Assembly: GCA_965195345.1 (NCBI GenBank)
Contig: OZ239628.1
Coordinates: 1,408,001 to 1,472,000, forward strand
DNA from: an uncultured Thiomicrospira sp.
GTDB lineage: Bacteria; Pseudomonadota; Gammaproteobacteria; CAKMZV01
DNA length: 64,000 nt
Direction of reading: 5' to 3'
Made by a program: the position numbers and the translations under genes. Under the pieces are notes generated by a model. It was not told the origin of the DNA, made no database searches, and saw nothing but the letters and a program-made list of their open reading frames with translations. Of this stretch, positions 17,518 to 27,965 are shown piece by piece; the stretch's first letter is position 1; each line of letters opens with the position of its first letter.

Positions 17518-18543
17518 TTATTTCTTATCTAAAATGTATTTTCTAACATCCGCATTATGCCCTTCCAATGTTTTGTTAAAAGCATGACTACCATCTCCCT
17601 TTGCTACAAAATACAAATCGCCGTTTAACTGCGGGTGCAAAACCGCTTCAATAGACTCACGCCCAGGATAGGCTATTGGTGCAGGAGGAATACCCTTGTT
17701 CACATAAGTATTAGCAGGATGATCAACGCGCAAATCTTTTTTCTTAATTTTCCCTTTATAAGAATCGCCCATTGCATATATTACTGTCGGATCAGATTGC
17801 AAACGCATATTACGCTTGAGACGCTCAAAAAAAACGCCTGCAATTTTAGCTCTCTCTTCATCAATCACACTTTCTTTTTCAACCAAAGATGCCAGTGATA
17901 ACACTTGCCACTTGTTGGTAAAGAAACTATCAACGATCACCGAACGTTTCGCCCAAGCGCTGATGAAAAAATCTTCAGAAGCTTTTGCTGCCCGTCGAAG
18001 TATTTGTATATCAGTATCACCTCTTTCAAAAAAATAAGTATCTGGCAAAAAAGCACCATCTATATACTGATATGGAACAAATATTTTGTTAGCAAAGTAT
18101 TTAGGACGAGCTTCATCAGCAACATTTAGTAAATTAATCTTGATTGCATTGTTCTTACGTATCGCTTCGCTCAATTCTTTAAAACTCCAACCTTCAATAA
18201 TAGTAAAACGATATTGATGCACCTTTCCATCTATAAACTGATTGAGTAACTCAACTGGCGATTGTTCTGTCAAACGGTATTCTCCTGCTTTTACTGAACT
18301 ATCTGACAATCTCGCCTTGACATAGAAGTTCAGCAAAAATGCTGAAGGAATCAATCCATCTTGTTCTAATCGGTTTATTACCTTTTGTATCGACTCACCA
18401 GTCGTTATAGTAAAAAAAGTATTGGGATTTGACGCCACTTTTGCATGCAAATCTGGATGTAATTCAAGAATTCGGTTATAAATAAAAAAAGTGCACAGCA
18501 CGAAGAAAAACACTGAAAGAATCCAAAATAATACTTTTTTCAC
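17518..18543 (-). CDS. mltG: Endolytic transglycosylase MltG
   Basis: N-terminal TM helix, motifs LASLVEKE, LQSDPTVIY and LYFVAKGDGSH. Confidence 0.95.
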   Translation of the reverse strand: MKKVLFWILSVFFFVLCTFFIYNRILELHPDLHAKVASNPNTFFTITTGESIQKVINRLEQDGLIPSAFLLNFYVKARLSDSSVKAGEYRLTEQSPVELLNQFIDGKVHQYRFTIIEGWSFKELSEAIRKNNAIKINLLNVADEARPKYFANKIFVPYQYIDGAFLPDTYFFERGDTDIQILRRAAKASEDFFISAWAKRSVIVDSFFTNKWQVLSLASLVEKESVIDEERAKIAGVFFERLKRNMRLQSDPTVIYAMGDSYKGKIKKKDLRVDHPANTYVNKGIPPAPIAYPGRESIEAVLHPQLNGDLYFVAKGDGSHAFNKTLEGHNADVRKYILDKK

Positions 18544-19301
18544 TGCTCAACACCCATTATTTTGCCCCATACACTTTGGAGCTCTTCTGCAGGCTTTGTA
18601 TCAAGACGTTGCCCATTTAGAAAATTCGGAATTACAATGCCATGCACTGAATTACTAAGCGCTAACGAGCGAATAGAAAGTAATTCCTCAATTGGTATTG
18701 TAGCGACTTTCGTTTCCACTGAAGCTTTTAAAATACACTCTCTTGCTACGCCAGCCACCCCGCACTCTTTAAGGTCGGGTGTAAACCATTGGTTGTCAAT
18801 AAAACACCATAGATTGTAGTGTAGCGACTCTATAACCGATCCAGCCGTAGAACAAAGCACTGCTTCGTCCCATCCATTCTGAAGCATTTCATGTCCAGCC
18901 AAAACGTATGGTAATCGATTGGTGTGCTTGATACCTGCCATTTTAGGCAACGGAGCTAATGCGTTTTCAATGACTCCTAACTTATTTATTGACCGCTTAA
19001 CCAACGCTCTTTTGCTCCACCTTAATTCCGTCTCACTACTATCGGTGATTTCACCGCATGAGTCTTTGCGAACTACTAAAAGCTTTAAAATCGTCGTTTT
19101 ATCCGATATTGTTTTAAAGTACTCTTTTTTACTCTCTTCTAACGCATCTGCATCAATAACCATACCAAGTCTGTGAGCGGAATCCATTAATCTTTTACGA
19201 TGCTGACTCCACAACAGTACCTGCCCATCTCTATACAGCATCGTTTCAAAAAACCCATCGCCAAACAGTAGTCTAGACGACAGTAACTTATTGCAATGCA
19301 C
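18540..19301 (-). CDS. pabC: Aminodeoxychorismate lyase (class IV aminotransferase)
   Basis: Motifs FGDGFFETM, GIKHTNRL and GVAGVAR. A GTG start at 19301 with AAGGA upstream is more plausible than the ORF-track start at 19382. Confidence 0.85.
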   Translation of the reverse strand: MHCNKLLSSRLLFGDGFFETMLYRDGQVLLWSQHRKRLMDSAHRLGMVIDADALEESKKEYFKTISDKTTILKLLVVRKDSCGEITDSSETELRWSKRALVKRSINKLGVIENALAPLPKMAGIKHTNRLPYVLAGHEMLQNGWDEAVLCSTAGSVIESLHYNLWCFIDNQWFTPDLKECGVAGVARECILKASVETKVATIPIEELLSIRSLALSNSVHGIVIPNFLNGQRLDTKPAEELQSVWGKIMGVEQ

Positions 19302-20643
19302 GTAGCATTCCTTCAGCTTTGTACTGTGTTTCTCGGAGTTCGCGCTGTGGATCAGAGTCATACACAATGCCAGCTCCTGCACGAAAATTTATTCGACTCC
19401 CTTGCAATGCAATGGTCCGAATTAAGATATTCATATCCATAGAGCCATCATTATTTATATAACCAAGTGAGCCCGTATACGGGCCTCTTCCCGCTGCTTC
19501 TAATTCTCCTATGATTTTCATACATTGCACTTTTGGGCAACCTGTAATAGTACCTCCAGGAAAAACGGCATGAATAATATCTTTTGGGCTCACATCGCTA
19601 CGAACCTTTCCTTGAATATTTGAAGCGATATGATGAACATGAGCATAGCTTTCCAGTTCCATGAGTTTATTCACTTTGATACTTCCCACATCGGCAATAC
19701 GACCCAAATCATTGCGCTCAAGATCAATCAACATAATATGCTCTGCACGCTCTTTAAAGTGATTCAATAGTTTTTTTGCTAAGGCTTCATCAGTTTTTTT
19801 GTCGGTTGATCGAGGACTCGTTCCTGCAATAGGTCGCGTTTCGACTATTCTTTTTTTCACACTGACTAAGCGTTCTGGACTTGAAGAAAGTAGGCAATTG
19901 TTATCATCAAAACGCCAAAATGTTGCCATTGGTGCTGGATTAGCCTCGCGTAATTGACGGTACAAAGATAACGCTTCACCGCTTTTTAGGACAGCATCCC
20001 AAGCTCGAGACAAGTTAACTTGAAAAACATCCCCTTGTTTTATTAAATGCAATATTTCATTAACTGCATTGATATATCTTTCAGGGTTTTCTTCAACAAC
20101 ATCAATAACCTCGCAAAAAGAACGCTCCTCATTTTTAGCCTTGATCCAGTCATTTTTTAATTCGATAAAACCCTGACTTTCTTCAGCAACCAAATACATG
20201 GTTTTTTCGCTGTGATCATAGGCAAATGCTTGCTTACATCGAGCAAGAACAACAAATGGAAAGTCCTTCATCATACCATTGATCGGTAGAGATAAAGTTG
20301 GCTCGATTTGATTGGCGTATTCGTAACCTAAGAATAATAAGTGCCCACCTTTAAATGGAATTTCTAAACCTACATCATTTCCATTTGTCTTATGGTCATT
20401 AATACTTTTCCCCAACGTATTTTGTAACGCATCATCAATCTGATCATCCCACACCATTACATCCCCGTTGGGATATGGCCATATTTTTTGTGAATCTATT
20501 TTGAAGAGAAAACTCCACCGCTGCTCATCAACGGGAGTAACTGTATCGAAAAAACAATGGTAACCTAAATCACTTTTTAACAACGAAAAGGATTTATTAA
20601 CCCACTCTGATACATTGACAGCACCAAATTTTTGATGAGACAT
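19288..20643 (-). CDS. pabB: Aminodeoxychorismate synthase component I (PabB/TrpE family)
   Basis: Motifs GDVFQVNLSR, SSSPERL, TRPIAGT, KERAEHIMLIDLERNDLG and FPGGTITGCPK. Lies between fabF and pabC. Confidence 0.88.
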   Translation of the reverse strand: MSHQKFGAVNVSEWVNKSFSLLKSDLGYHCFFDTVTPVDEQRWSFLFKIDSQKIWPYPNGDVMVWDDQIDDALQNTLGKSINDHKTNGNDVGLEIPFKGGHLLFLGYEYANQIEPTLSLPINGMMKDFPFVVLARCKQAFAYDHSEKTMYLVAEESQGFIELKNDWIKAKNEERSFCEVIDVVEENPERYINAVNEILHLIKQGDVFQVNLSRAWDAVLKSGEALSLYRQLREANPAPMATFWRFDDNNCLLSSSPERLVSVKKRIVETRPIAGTSPRSTDKKTDEALAKKLLNHFKERAEHIMLIDLERNDLGRIADVGSIKVNKLMELESYAHVHHIASNIQGKVRSDVSPKDIIHAVFPGGTITGCPKVQCMKIIGELEAAGRGPYTGSLGYINNDGSMDMNILIRTIALQGSRINFRAGAGIVYDSDPQRELRETQYKAEGMLRALQ

Positions 20644-21899
20644 TAATTCCAACTTTTGAAAATCAATGTACCATTAGTACCACCAAACCCAAACGAATTA
20701 CTTAACGCGTATTTCGCCTCGAAGCGTTTAGCAAAATGGGCAACTAAATCAATATCGCAAGATGGATCAGGATTATCAAGATTTATGGTGGGTGGAGCCA
20801 TTTGATTCATCAAAGCAAGTATTGTATAAATTGATTCAACGGCTCCTGCCGCTCCTAACATGTGACCAGACATTGATTTTGTGGAGCTCATAAGCAAACT
20901 ATCAATGTGCTTTTCCATCAAACGCTTAACAGCTTTCACTTCAGCAACATCTCCTGTTGGTGTTGACGTTCCATGTGCATTAATATAACCAATTTGATCA
21001 CAACTGATGTCTGCATCTTCAAGAGCGTTTTGCATACATCTCCATGCACCATCACCATCTTCAGGAGGAGATGTCATATGATATGCATCGCTGCTATAAC
21101 CTACTCCTACAATTTCAGCTAATATCTTTGCGCCTCTTTTTTCAGCATGCTCCAAAGACTCAAGCACAACCATGCCTGAACCATCAGAAAGAACAAAACC
21201 ATCTCGATCAACATCCCAAGGACGTGAAGCTTTTGCAGGCTCATCGCCACGTCTCGATAATGCGCGAGCTGCTGCAAAACCTGCTATGCCTGTAGGAGTG
21301 CAAGCTTTCTCGGAGCCACCGGCCAACATCACATCTGCTTCACCGTAGGCAATCATTCTACTTGCCCAAGACAGTGCATGCGTTCCTGTAGTACAAGCAC
21401 TCACGGGAGAAACATTGGGACCCTTTAGTCCAAAACGCATTGACAACATCCCCGACAACATATTGATAATTACCCCAGGGACATAAAAAGGAGATATCTT
21501 GCCTGACTCCGAACTAAAATACTTTCTATTGTTATCTTCAATGCTTGACAATCCACCAATACCTGAGCCTGCGCATACTCCAAACCGTTCTAAATCAACA
21601 TCCGAAAGCATGGAATGAACATCGCCTTGGGACGCCATATTAAGGGCTTCCTGTGCGGCGGCAACACCATATACAATGAAAGTATCAACTCTTTTTAGTT
21701 GTTTGTTTTTCAACCAGTGAGCTAAGTCAAAATTCTTCAGTTCTCCACCAATCCGCACAGAAGAATTCGTCGTATCAAAACTTTTTATTAATTCAATTCC
21801 ACTTTTTCCTGACATTAATGCTTGCCAATTAGCATCAACATCTAATCCTAACGGAGTAACGCAGCCCATGCCTGTTACGACAACGCGTTTACCCTTCAT
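20643..21899 (-). CDS. fabF: 3-oxoacyl-ACP synthase II
   Basis: Motifs RVVVTGMG, SACTTG (Cys), NAHGTST, GHMLGAAG and SNSFGFGGTN. Confidence 0.96.
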   Translation of the reverse strand: MKGKRVVVTGMGCVTPLGLDVDANWQALMSGKSGIELIKSFDTTNSSVRIGGELKNFDLAHWLKNKQLKRVDTFIVYGVAAAQEALNMASQGDVHSMLSDVDLERFGVCAGSGIGGLSSIEDNNRKYFSSESGKISPFYVPGVIINMLSGMLSMRFGLKGPNVSPVSACTTGTHALSWASRMIAYGEADVMLAGGSEKACTPTGIAGFAAARALSRRGDEPAKASRPWDVDRDGFVLSDGSGMVVLESLEHAEKRGAKILAEIVGVGYSSDAYHMTSPPEDGDGAWRCMQNALEDADISCDQIGYINAHGTSTPTGDVAEVKAVKRLMEKHIDSLLMSSTKSMSGHMLGAAGAVESIYTILALMNQMAPPTINLDNPDPSCDIDLVAHFAKRFEAKYALSNSFGFGGTNGTLIFKSWN

Positions 21900-22184
21900 A
21901 GCAGAGTTTTAATTGAAGTCTTTGATAAGTTTTATACATTTCATTAGGATTATAAACCGTCAATTAAGATAGTAAATAAGTTTGTTTATGCTTTTGACTG
22001 AGGAGAAATATCTAAGATTTTATAATCTTTATTCAATTCCTTCAAACACGAACCAAAAGCGTTTGACTTATCAACACAATCTTCAAGAGCATATTCCCAA
22101 ACAATAATGAAAATGCGCTTAAAAAAATTTATATCATATCAATAAACGATGATGTAAACTTTATTGATATGTGGAGCATATTAC

Positions 22185-22217
22185 AAAAAAAGTCCCAACA
22201 ATAGTTGGGACTTTTTT
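22185..22217 (-). terminator. Rho-independent (bidirectional) terminator after acpP
   Basis: A7-GTCCCAAC-aata-GTTGGGAC-T6, a perfect hairpin. Confidence 0.85.
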
Positions 22218-22230
22218 GAATATGTTGGAA

Positions 22231-22464
22231 TTAAGAACTCTGATTGGTTACGTAGTCAATAGCTTCCTGTACAGTCGTAATTTTCTCAGCATCTTCATCA
22301 GGAATAGTAGCGTCAAATTCTTCTTCGAGAGCCATCACCAACTCAACAGTGTCAAGGGAGTCAGCTCCTAAATCATCAATGAATGAAGAATCATTAGAAA
22401 TTTCTGCTTCATCAACGGTTAACTGCTCGGCAACAATGCTTCTTACACGTGCTTCAATACTCAT
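22231..22464 (-). CDS. acpP: Acyl carrier protein
   Basis: Motif [20 protein letters not shown]. Confidence 0.98.
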   Translation of the reverse strand: MSIEARVRSIVAEQLTVDEAEISNDSSFIDDLGADSLDTVELVMALEEEFDATIPDEDAEKITTVQEAIDYVTNQSS

Positions 22465-22511
22465 TTATTTTTCCTCTATATTTGTCCTAAAACAATAAAT
22501 CTGAATTTTAA

Positions 22512-22573
22512 AATTACACCCTTTCGCATAATGCATAAGGGCAACACCTTGAATTATACCCTTTCGCATCATG
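22512..22573. repeat. 22-bp imperfect direct repeat (40-bp period) upstream of acpP
   Basis: AATTACACCCTTTCGCATAATG (22512-22533) and AATTATACCCTTTCGCATCATG (22552-22573), 20 of 22 positions identical. Confidence 0.8.
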
Positions 22574-22793
22574 AGTATGCATCATTATATAATTCGACTT
22601 AGTTTTTTTAAATTTACTCTTGCTATGTCTTTCCATAAGATATAGTACATTTAAAATGCAAGCATCGCCACCACTTCTTTTATCTTGCGACATAACAATT
22701 GAATTGAACGATTAAGAGCATTTAATCATTTTAGCCACGCTATTTGAAACAACCATTTTTGAAATCTATAAAAATCTTTTTAAAATATTCCCT

Positions 22794-23813
22794 ATGAATA
22801 CAACATCAAAAAAAACATTGACTCTCACTATAGAGCAGGCAACCACATTAGCAGCCAATACATTAATCGCAAATCAAACATCGCCCACGAATGCTAAAAT
22901 CGTAGCAAATGCACTGGTTAAAGCAGAAGTTGAACAGCAAGGCGGGCACGGAATTTCGCGATTGCTGACATATGCTCCTCAATCCAATAATGGCAAGGTC
23001 AATGGTCACGCCATGCCCTCCACTGATCAAATAAGCGCTAATATTGTTCGTATAAGTGCACAAAATGGCTTTGCATTTCCAGCTTTAAACATGGCTGTAG
23101 AGGCATTGGAAAAAATGCTTCCAGAGAGTGGATTGGCTTTGGCAGGCATTTGCAATTCGCATCATTTTGGTCAAGCTGGCGCACCCTGTGAGGCACTGGC
23201 AAAAAAGGGATTTGTTGCGATCATCTTTGGCAACACCCCAGTTGCTATGCCCATACCTCCATCAAACGCGCCAATTCTTGGAACAAATCCCATAGCTTTT
23301 GCCGCTCCCATTGCAGAACAGCCTCCTTTAGTCATTGACATGGCTTTATCACAAGTAGCACGAGGACGTATTATCAAAGCGCAGATGAATAATGAACCCA
23401 TATCCACTGGCTGGGCTATCGATGCAAACGGCGATCCAACAACCGAACCTGATAAAGCACTCAATGGAGGAAGCTTATTGCCTTTAGGTGGTCAAAAAGG
23501 TGCTCTACTGGCGTTAATGGTGGAGATCTTAAGTGCGTGTTTATTAAATATGCACCTTAGTACTGAGGCTTCTTCACTACTTAATGATAAAGGCGATGCG
23601 CCCAATATAGGTCAAACTATCTTAGCTATAGATCCTTTGCGTATATCAAGCGACGGCTTTTTCTTGACGATGAATCGCTTGATTGAAAACCTCAAACAAA
23701 ATGATGTCCATATCCCAGGTAGCAATAAAGCTTCGCTATGGCAACAAGCATTAAAAAACGGCATTACCATCGATGAAAAACTTTACAAAAAAATTCAGAT
23801 ATTAAACCAATAA
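22794..23813 (+). CDS. Ldh_2-family oxidoreductase (ComC/(2R)-3-sulfolactate dehydrogenase-like)
   Basis: Motifs GHGISR, NSHHFG, GTNPIAFAAP, VIDMALSQVARG and GGQKG..LALMVE. Confidence 0.85.
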   Translation: MNTTSKKTLTLTIEQATTLAANTLIANQTSPTNAKIVANALVKAEVEQQGGHGISRLLTYAPQSNNGKVNGHAMPSTDQISANIVRISAQNGFAFPALNMAVEALEKMLPESGLALAGICNSHHFGQAGAPCEALAKKGFVAIIFGNTPVAMPIPPSNAPILGTNPIAFAAPIAEQPPLVIDMALSQVARGRIIKAQMNNEPISTGWAIDANGDPTTEPDKALNGGSLLPLGGQKGALLALMVEILSACLLNMHLSTEASSLLNDKGDAPNIGQTILAIDPLRISSDGFFLTMNRLIENLKQNDVHIPGSNKASLWQQALKNGITIDEKLYKKIQILNQ

Positions 23814-25688
23814 GTCATACAGAGTTGATTCAATTTCTTTTAACACCTCTTGATCATCTATCGTAGCTGGCATATTCCAATCTGCTTTATTAGCAATCGA
23901 GCGCATAGTTGCTCTTAAAATTTTACCTGAACGAGTTTTAGGCAAACGACTCACAACAGCACATAGTTTAAACACTGCAACCGCACCAATTGTTGTGCGA
24001 ACTTGACTAACTAACTCTTGAACGATAACTGCATGCTCTCGTTCAACGCGCGCATTTAACACAACCAAGCCAAGAGGCACTTCCCCTTTGAGATCATCTT
24101 TGACGCCAAATACGGCAGCTTCAGCCACGTCCGCATGATCACACAATACTTCTTCCATTTGACCAGTAGACAACCGGTGCCCCGCCACATTTATAACATC
24201 ATCTATCCGACTCATGATATGTACGTAACCATCATCATCAATAATGCCTGAGTCACCCGTTAAATAATAGCCAGGATAACGCGACATATACTCTTCAACA
24301 AAACGATCACCATTTTTCCACAAGGTTATCATTGATCCAGGAGGCATTGGAAGTTTCACTGTTATATTACCAAGTCTATCTGGTGTTTGCTGATTCCCTT
24401 CTTCATCAAGAATCCTCAAATCATAACCAGGCGTTGGCTTTGTAACCGAACCTAATTTGATAGGGAAACTTTCTATCCCCATCGGATTACCTGCGATACT
24501 CCACCCTGTCTCGGTTTGCCACCAGTGGTCAATCACGGGTACTTTTAAATGTTTTTGAGCCCATCGTATAGTATCAGGATCAGAACGTTCACCAGCCAAA
24601 TATAAGTATTGGAAATTTGATAAATTATATTTTTTTAAAAAATCTCCCTGAGGGTCTTCTTTTTTTATTGCTCGAAAAGCTGTCGGAGCGGTGAATAAAG
24701 CTTTAACCTTATGTTCCTCAATCACACGCCAGAACGTACCAGCATCTGGTGTTCCTATTGGCTTTCCTTCAAAAACGATGGTCGTATTTCGATTAAGAAG
24801 TGGTGCATACACTATGTAAGAATGCCCCACAATCCAACCAACGTCCGATGCCGCCCAAAAAACCTCACCAGGTTTCATATCATAAAGATTTTCCATCGTC
24901 CATTTACAAGCCACCGCATGCCCGCCATTATCTCGAACGATGCCTTTGGGTCTGCCCGTAGTCCCCGATGTATAGAGTATGTACAATGGATGATTAGCAT
25001 CTACCGACACACAATCAACTGGATGCGCTTTTTCAAGAGCCATATGCCAGTCAATCTCGTCATCCCGTAATTTGCAAACTTGCTCTTCTCTTTGCAAAAT
25101 AATGACACTTGAAATTTTGTGCGAAGCAATGCGCTGGGCTTCATCAAGCAGTGATTTGTAATCAATTATCCGCCCAGGTTCTATTCCGCAAGAAGCACTC
25201 ATTAACGCTTTAGGTTGGGCATCGTCAATTCGAATAGCCAATTCTTTAGCAGCAAATCCACCAAAAACAACCGAATGTATCGCACCAATACGAGCACAGG
25301 CAAGCATTGCCATGACGGCTTGCGGTATCATTGGCATATAAATAATGACGGTGTCTCCATGATCCACCCCCTGCTCCTTTAAAACTCCAGCAAGTTTAGA
25401 AATGGATGATTGCAATTGACTGAACGAGTAGTAAGCTTTTTTATTCGTGATTGGGCTGTCGTATATTAATGCTATTTGATCACCATATCCATCCTCAACA
25501 TGCCGATCTATTGCGTTATAACATGTGTTAAGTTTTCCCCCTTCGAACCAATAATTAAATGGCGTATTACTCTCATTAAGTACTGTATCGAAAGGTTTGT
25601 CCCAATAGATACCTTTAGCCACGTTATTCCAAAAAACTTGTGGTTTTCCTATAGATTCTTTATATATCTCGTCATACTTATTTTGCAT
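23802..25688 (-). CDS. prpE: Propionyl-CoA synthetase
   Basis: Motifs YILYTSGTTGRPKG, VRDNGGHAVA, DHWWQTETGW, VAGHRLSTG and LPKTRSGKILR. Confidence 0.9.
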   Translation of the reverse strand: MQNKYDEIYKESIGKPQVFWNNVAKGIYWDKPFDTVLNESNTPFNYWFEGGKLNTCYNAIDRHVEDGYGDQIALIYDSPITNKKAYYSFSQLQSSISKLAGVLKEQGVDHGDTVIIYMPMIPQAVMAMLACARIGAIHSVVFGGFAAKELAIRIDDAQPKALMSASCGIEPGRIIDYKSLLDEAQRIASHKISSVIILQREEQVCKLRDDEIDWHMALEKAHPVDCVSVDANHPLYILYTSGTTGRPKGIVRDNGGHAVACKWTMENLYDMKPGEVFWAASDVGWIVGHSYIVYAPLLNRNTTIVFEGKPIGTPDAGTFWRVIEEHKVKALFTAPTAFRAIKKEDPQGDFLKKYNLSNFQYLYLAGERSDPDTIRWAQKHLKVPVIDHWWQTETGWSIAGNPMGIESFPIKLGSVTKPTPGYDLRILDEEGNQQTPDRLGNITVKLPMPPGSMITLWKNGDRFVEEYMSRYPGYYLTGDSGIIDDDGYVHIMSRIDDVINVAGHRLSTGQMEEVLCDHADVAEAAVFGVKDDLKGEVPLGLVVLNARVEREHAVIVQELVSQVRTTIGAVAVFKLCAVVSRLPKTRSGKILRATMRSIANKADWNMPATIDDQEVLKEIESTLYDLLV

Positions 25689-25716
25689 TATCAACGCTCC
25701 TTCCCAAATTCATGTT

Positions 25717-26682
25717 CTATGTAGACATATCTTTCATTTTCTCACGGTGTCGCTTAACCCAATGGGTGAGCCCACTTCCGTTTATGAAAACATCGTTTTC
25801 GTGATTCAAAACGAACTTGTCCAACTCATCTGCTTTGTAATTTATACTCAACCATTTCCTAAAAAGACCTCTCAAACCATCAAACACATAGTCTTTTAAA
25901 TCGATGCTATCAGGTGATTGGAGCGCCATATCCGTATACTCTCCCACACGGTTAACCAATTGATTTACCCAATATGGTTTATTCTCAATAAGCCCGCAAT
26001 GGGTGAGCGCGAAATAATTCAACCCGCTTTTTTCCTGAATCCGCATTGAATCAATCATTGCTTTTGGATTGAAGTGCGTTGGTGCTGTTGTAGGAAATAA
26101 AAACTGATCGCCATTAGGCAATGCATTTTCATAAGAAACACCCATGGAATCGCCAGCAAAAACAATTGAACTGGTGGCATCCAAAATACTTATATGGTTC
26201 CAAGAATGACCGGGCGTAAATAACACCTCAAGTTTGCGTTTGCCAAGTAAAAAACTCATTCCATCTTCAGCCAATACGATGCGAGATGGTGAAACTGGAA
26301 TAAGATCACCATAATTTTTTTTAACAAATTCCTTCCCATACACATCAATGCTCCCAAGCACTAAGGCTGTAGGGTCAATCATATGTGCCGCGCCGTCAGG
26401 ATGAATCAACATTTTTGCATTGGGCAGTTTTTGCATGAGCAAGCCCGAACCACCAGCGTGGTCAAGGTGAATATGCGAAACAATATGGTATTTGATTTGC
26501 TGTGGTTCTATACGCAAAGCTTGCAAAGCTTGCATAATATAATGCGTGGAATTATTGGATCCGCTATCGAATATAGCTGCCTCTTCACCATCCACGATTA
26601 AATAACAAGCCGTGTGCCCTGCCTTGATTAAGTGCGTATCAATGAGGTACGCGCCTTCTCCAATTTTTTTCCACATGTCCAC
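25717..26682 (-). CDS. MBL-fold metallo-hydrolase
   Basis: Motifs SHIHLDHAGG, TPGHSWNH and FAGD. Confidence 0.88.
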   Translation of the reverse strand: MDMWKKIGEGAYLIDTHLIKAGHTACYLIVDGEEAAIFDSGSNNSTHYIMQALQALRIEPQQIKYHIVSHIHLDHAGGSGLLMQKLPNAKMLIHPDGAAHMIDPTALVLGSIDVYGKEFVKKNYGDLIPVSPSRIVLAEDGMSFLLGKRKLEVLFTPGHSWNHISILDATSSIVFAGDSMGVSYENALPNGDQFLFPTTAPTHFNPKAMIDSMRIQEKSGLNYFALTHCGLIENKPYWVNQLVNRVGEYTDMALQSPDSIDLKDYVFDGLRGLFRKWLSINYKADELDKFVLNHENDVFINGSGLTHWVKRHREKMKDMST

Positions 26683-27668
26683 TACGGCTTGACTACAACG
26701 CGGCCCTGATGTTTCCCTTTAAGCATTTCGTGACAATAGGAGCCAACCTCTTCTAACGTCAAAGTAGCTGTTCTAATAGTGTTGAAAGTCGCCTCATCAA
26801 CATATTCAGCAATCAATTTCCAAGCAGCGTTGCGTTGCATAATCGAAATATACACTGAATCAACGCCAGCTAAAGTGACATTGCGCAAGATAAAAGGCAT
26901 TACCGTTGATGGTAAGTCAAATCCCCCAGCTAAGCCACAACAACTAATCGTTGCGTTGTACTCTGATTCCGCCAAGATACGTGCTAATGTTTTAGAGCCA
27001 ACCGTATCAATTCCTCCAGCCCACTTTCCTTGCTCTAAAGGGCGTGACTCTAAGCCAAACTCTGCTCTATCAATTATCTCTTTAGCTCCTAAGCTTTTCA
27101 AATAATCTGTTGATTCTGGACGACTAACCGCATGGACTGTATAACCGATATTTGCCAAAATATTCACTGCGAAACTACCAACGCCACCGCTAGCGCCAGT
27201 AACGACTACTGGACCATTATCAGGGCGCACACCCGCATCAATTAATCGCTGCACACAAAGCGCCCCTGTTAAACCTGCCGTACCCGCCACCATTGCTCTA
27301 TCCCCTGTCAAAGTTGCAGGCGTCTCTACCAACCACTTAGCTTTCAATCGGGCATATCCTGCCAAACCACCAAAATGTTTTTCACCCACACCCCAACCTG
27401 TATGAATAACCGACATCCCGACTTTAATACGATCGTCGCCACCTTCAACAACCTTACCTAACAAGTCAATACCTGGGACGAATGGAAACGAACGAACGAT
27501 TTTTCCTTTCCCTGTTATTGCTAAGGCATCCTTGTAATTAATCGTTGAATATTCGACCTTTATTAACGTATCCCCTTCAGGAAGCTGATTCCTTGGAAGC
27601 ATTTCAACACTGGACAGTGTTTTTTTGTCTTCTTGTTTAAGTACAAGTGCTCTAAAATTTCCCATCAT
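26682..27668 (-). CDS. acuI: Acryloyl-CoA reductase AcuI (YhdH/YhfP family)
   Basis: Motifs YSTINYKDALA, VPGIDL, GTAGLT, VTGASGGVGS and TVMPFILRNVTLAGVDSV. Confidence 0.88.
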   Translation of the reverse strand: MMGNFRALVLKQEDKKTLSSVEMLPRNQLPEGDTLIKVEYSTINYKDALAITGKGKIVRSFPFVPGIDLLGKVVEGGDDRIKVGMSVIHTGWGVGEKHFGGLAGYARLKAKWLVETPATLTGDRAMVAGTAGLTGALCVQRLIDAGVRPDNGPVVVTGASGGVGSFAVNILANIGYTVHAVSRPESTDYLKSLGAKEIIDRAEFGLESRPLEQGKWAGGIDTVGSKTLARILAESEYNATISCCGLAGGFDLPSTVMPFILRNVTLAGVDSVYISIMQRNAAWKLIAEYVDEATFNTIRTATLTLEEVGSYCHEMLKGKHQGRVVVKP

Positions 27669-27965
27669 TACTCCTTGAGTGTTATATTAACTATTTGATT
27701 TATATGACAATAAGAAAATAAAATCCTACAAATCATTCAGACACCGATTATATACATTTTCTTTATTTAGCCAACGTAAATGCCATGCTGTTTAATTATC
27801 TTTTGTTTATGCGTGGGGTGTGTACCACCGTCCTTTATAACGAGCGTTACTATTTTACTGAAAAAAACTGATTAAAACCTTGTAAGTTTCTCACATTGAA
27901 ACGAAATCAAGCATAGCGTGTAACTACCTTAGTAATTTCTTACGTTTTGCAGTATAAAGTGCCCT

